NCBI RefSeq assembly: GCF_964355755.1
Contig: NC_092680.1
Coordinates: forward strand, 16,749,045 to 16,813,044
Length of the DNA stretch: 64,000 nucleotides
Source: Antedon mediterranea
Taxonomy: Eukaryota; Animalia; Echinodermata
Direction of reading: 5' to 3'
Made by a program: the position numbers and the translations under genes. Shown here piece after piece: positions 62,052 through 64,000 of this stretch; positions within the stretch are counted from its first letter, which is position 1, and every line of letters starts with the position of its first letter. The notes under the pieces were generated by a model. It had not been told where the DNA came from, made no database searches, and was given only the letters and a program-made list of their open reading frames with translations.

Positions 62052-64000
62052 ACTTTTAATGTTTTAGAATCTTCTGAAAAAAAAGTTTAAAATGGGAAGA
62101 AAAAAAAACTACATTATTGTATTTACTTCAGAAGAGAACGGGATATATCGTTAACCAATTTAAACATTTTGAAATTAAAAAATGATTATAACTAGACATT
62201 ATTTTAGTATCTAATTGCCACATACTGATAATTTGTACCCCATTAGTGAAAACATTTGATTATTGATTTAACATCATTAATAGGTCAAAGTACGTTCATA
62301 TTGTAGACACACTGACTATTTCCACGCACAAGTATTATAGGCCACAGTGGTTCATTGCAGTAGATTCTCTTACGGTACTATGTCTAGCGTTAACATAACG
62401 TAATCGAACAACAACAGGCAATGAATAGTACTTAGGCCTACATGGTGCATAGTTGGATAAAGGTTGTAGTCAAAAACCAGAAACTGTATGTTGTGTTTAT
62501 TGTCTCTGTACGGGAATCTGATGTTTATTGTCTGTTAAATATTCCTAATTCAGAAGTAACTGAAAAAAAATTCTACGTTCATGATTTGAAATATCGAAAA
62601 ATTATCGAATTTAAATTATCAACAATCAAATAATAGTTATAGAATAGAATAGAAACTGCAAACTTAGGCTCATAATAATATAAAATGAATTATTGGAAAT
62701 AGATTAAATCCAAAATGGGTCTGAGATCTGGAATGAATGCGGTTTATATACTCTAAACTACTAAGCTACTAATAACAACTGTTTACTCTGAGGTATACAT
62801 GTTGTTGTTTCAAACGGTACGTATTCTTAGCATACAAACTTAACTTGCCTTTGTGAAACAAGCACCGTTGTCCTAATGGCGGTTATCTCCTTCTCTGGTG
62901 CTGGTCGAACAATGAATATTATGATTAGGTTTTTGTCATTATACATTTCCTAATGGTGACGTTGAATATGGTTATTCCATTTTTCTATTATTGTAAACGT
63001 ATGTGTGCAGTCAAGTGCAAGAATAGAACCCCTCTTGTGAAATGCCTACATTTTAAGCTAAATTGTTAGTGTGAAGGTGAACCCATACCAACAACGGATG
63101 ATGTTACCATTTATTGTTGAACTGGAAATTACTGAATCAAACGTAACCTTTACGTGTTCAAGTCAAATAAGTCAAGTAACATTTTGTAAATTAGTACAAT
63201 AATGTAAGATGATAAGTCTGTCGTGCAATCACCATCATCAGTTTCATGAAATAAAATAATAATAATAATAAAACATCAGATACCAAAAATGTAGGCCTAC
63301 TTCTTCGAAGTAGCAGTGTGCTTTCGATCCCAATGTGTTTGCTGAAGTGTTGGTTACATGGGTCAATTAAAAACCAGTGCATAAAAAACTACAATGATGT
63401 CATCACACTACAAAGAAAATTAAATTCAACAAGATACAATATTGTGATTGTATTTATTGAAAATATTATTAATGATTTGCGATATACATTTATACTTAAT
63501 ACTTATTAAAGTGATACACTAATACTTTATTATTATTCATCAAACCAATATATTTTGTGATTATTAAAAGTATATAAAACATAAATAACACAACCATTTC
63601 ATCATTGTATTGTATTATTATTTCATACTCATCTAACAACGAGAAACTGATTGTTCGCTTGGATTGTTCACTTAAATTTACACTTAATTGTAATAAATGT
63701 TACAACTTTCTTTAGGCAGGTCATTTTATTTATTTATGTATAAGTAATAAGTAAAAATTAGATGCCTTATATCTATATTTTCAGACGTTTAATTGCTAAC
63801 CATTCAATCGCCAATCCCATTCCATTTATAATAAAGTTATTCTTTTACTTTTACTGCTATCCCTATCATTAATTGTTTTAAAACATTTCTTTTACATTTT
63901 TTCATTATTAATCCGGTTCATTAAAATGTTCGTTAAATGCCAAGTATATAACTTATTCATGACAACATGGTATTAATTATTCTTCAAGTCCACACTACTT

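Overview
This is AT-rich eukaryotic (invertebrate animal) genomic DNA with spliced genes, not a prokaryotic locus. The gene and repeat content suggests a marine deuterostome such as an echinoderm (inference). Left to right: a 5'-truncated CR1/L2-group LINE interrupted by a non-autonomous hAT-like element; a probable bidirectional promoter with a second TIR element in it; an uncharacterised 6-exon membrane-protein gene (+); an ST8Sia-like sialyltransferase (-); STOML2 (-) head-to-head with DNAAF4/DYX1C1 (+), which has a U12-type intron; a monofunctional PHM (-) with a C-type lectin/PAN-like gene nested antisense in one intron; a 5S/tRNA/Deu-type composite SINE; an intronless class A GPCR (-); SLC25A46 (+); and a death-fold/NACHT/LRR NLR gene (-) with a frameshift just before the P-loop. 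Introns and intergenic DNA hold many MITEs, Helitron/Helentron-like elements and three minisatellites. The most unusual signals are AGGCCTAG (ZFX-type motif) clusters just downstream of first exons, the split NLR, a minisatellite built from a SINE B-box, and the nested lectin gene. Exon boundaries were read by eye and may be off by a few bases. I found nothing I can call a demonstrated new system; the findings are testable hypotheses.
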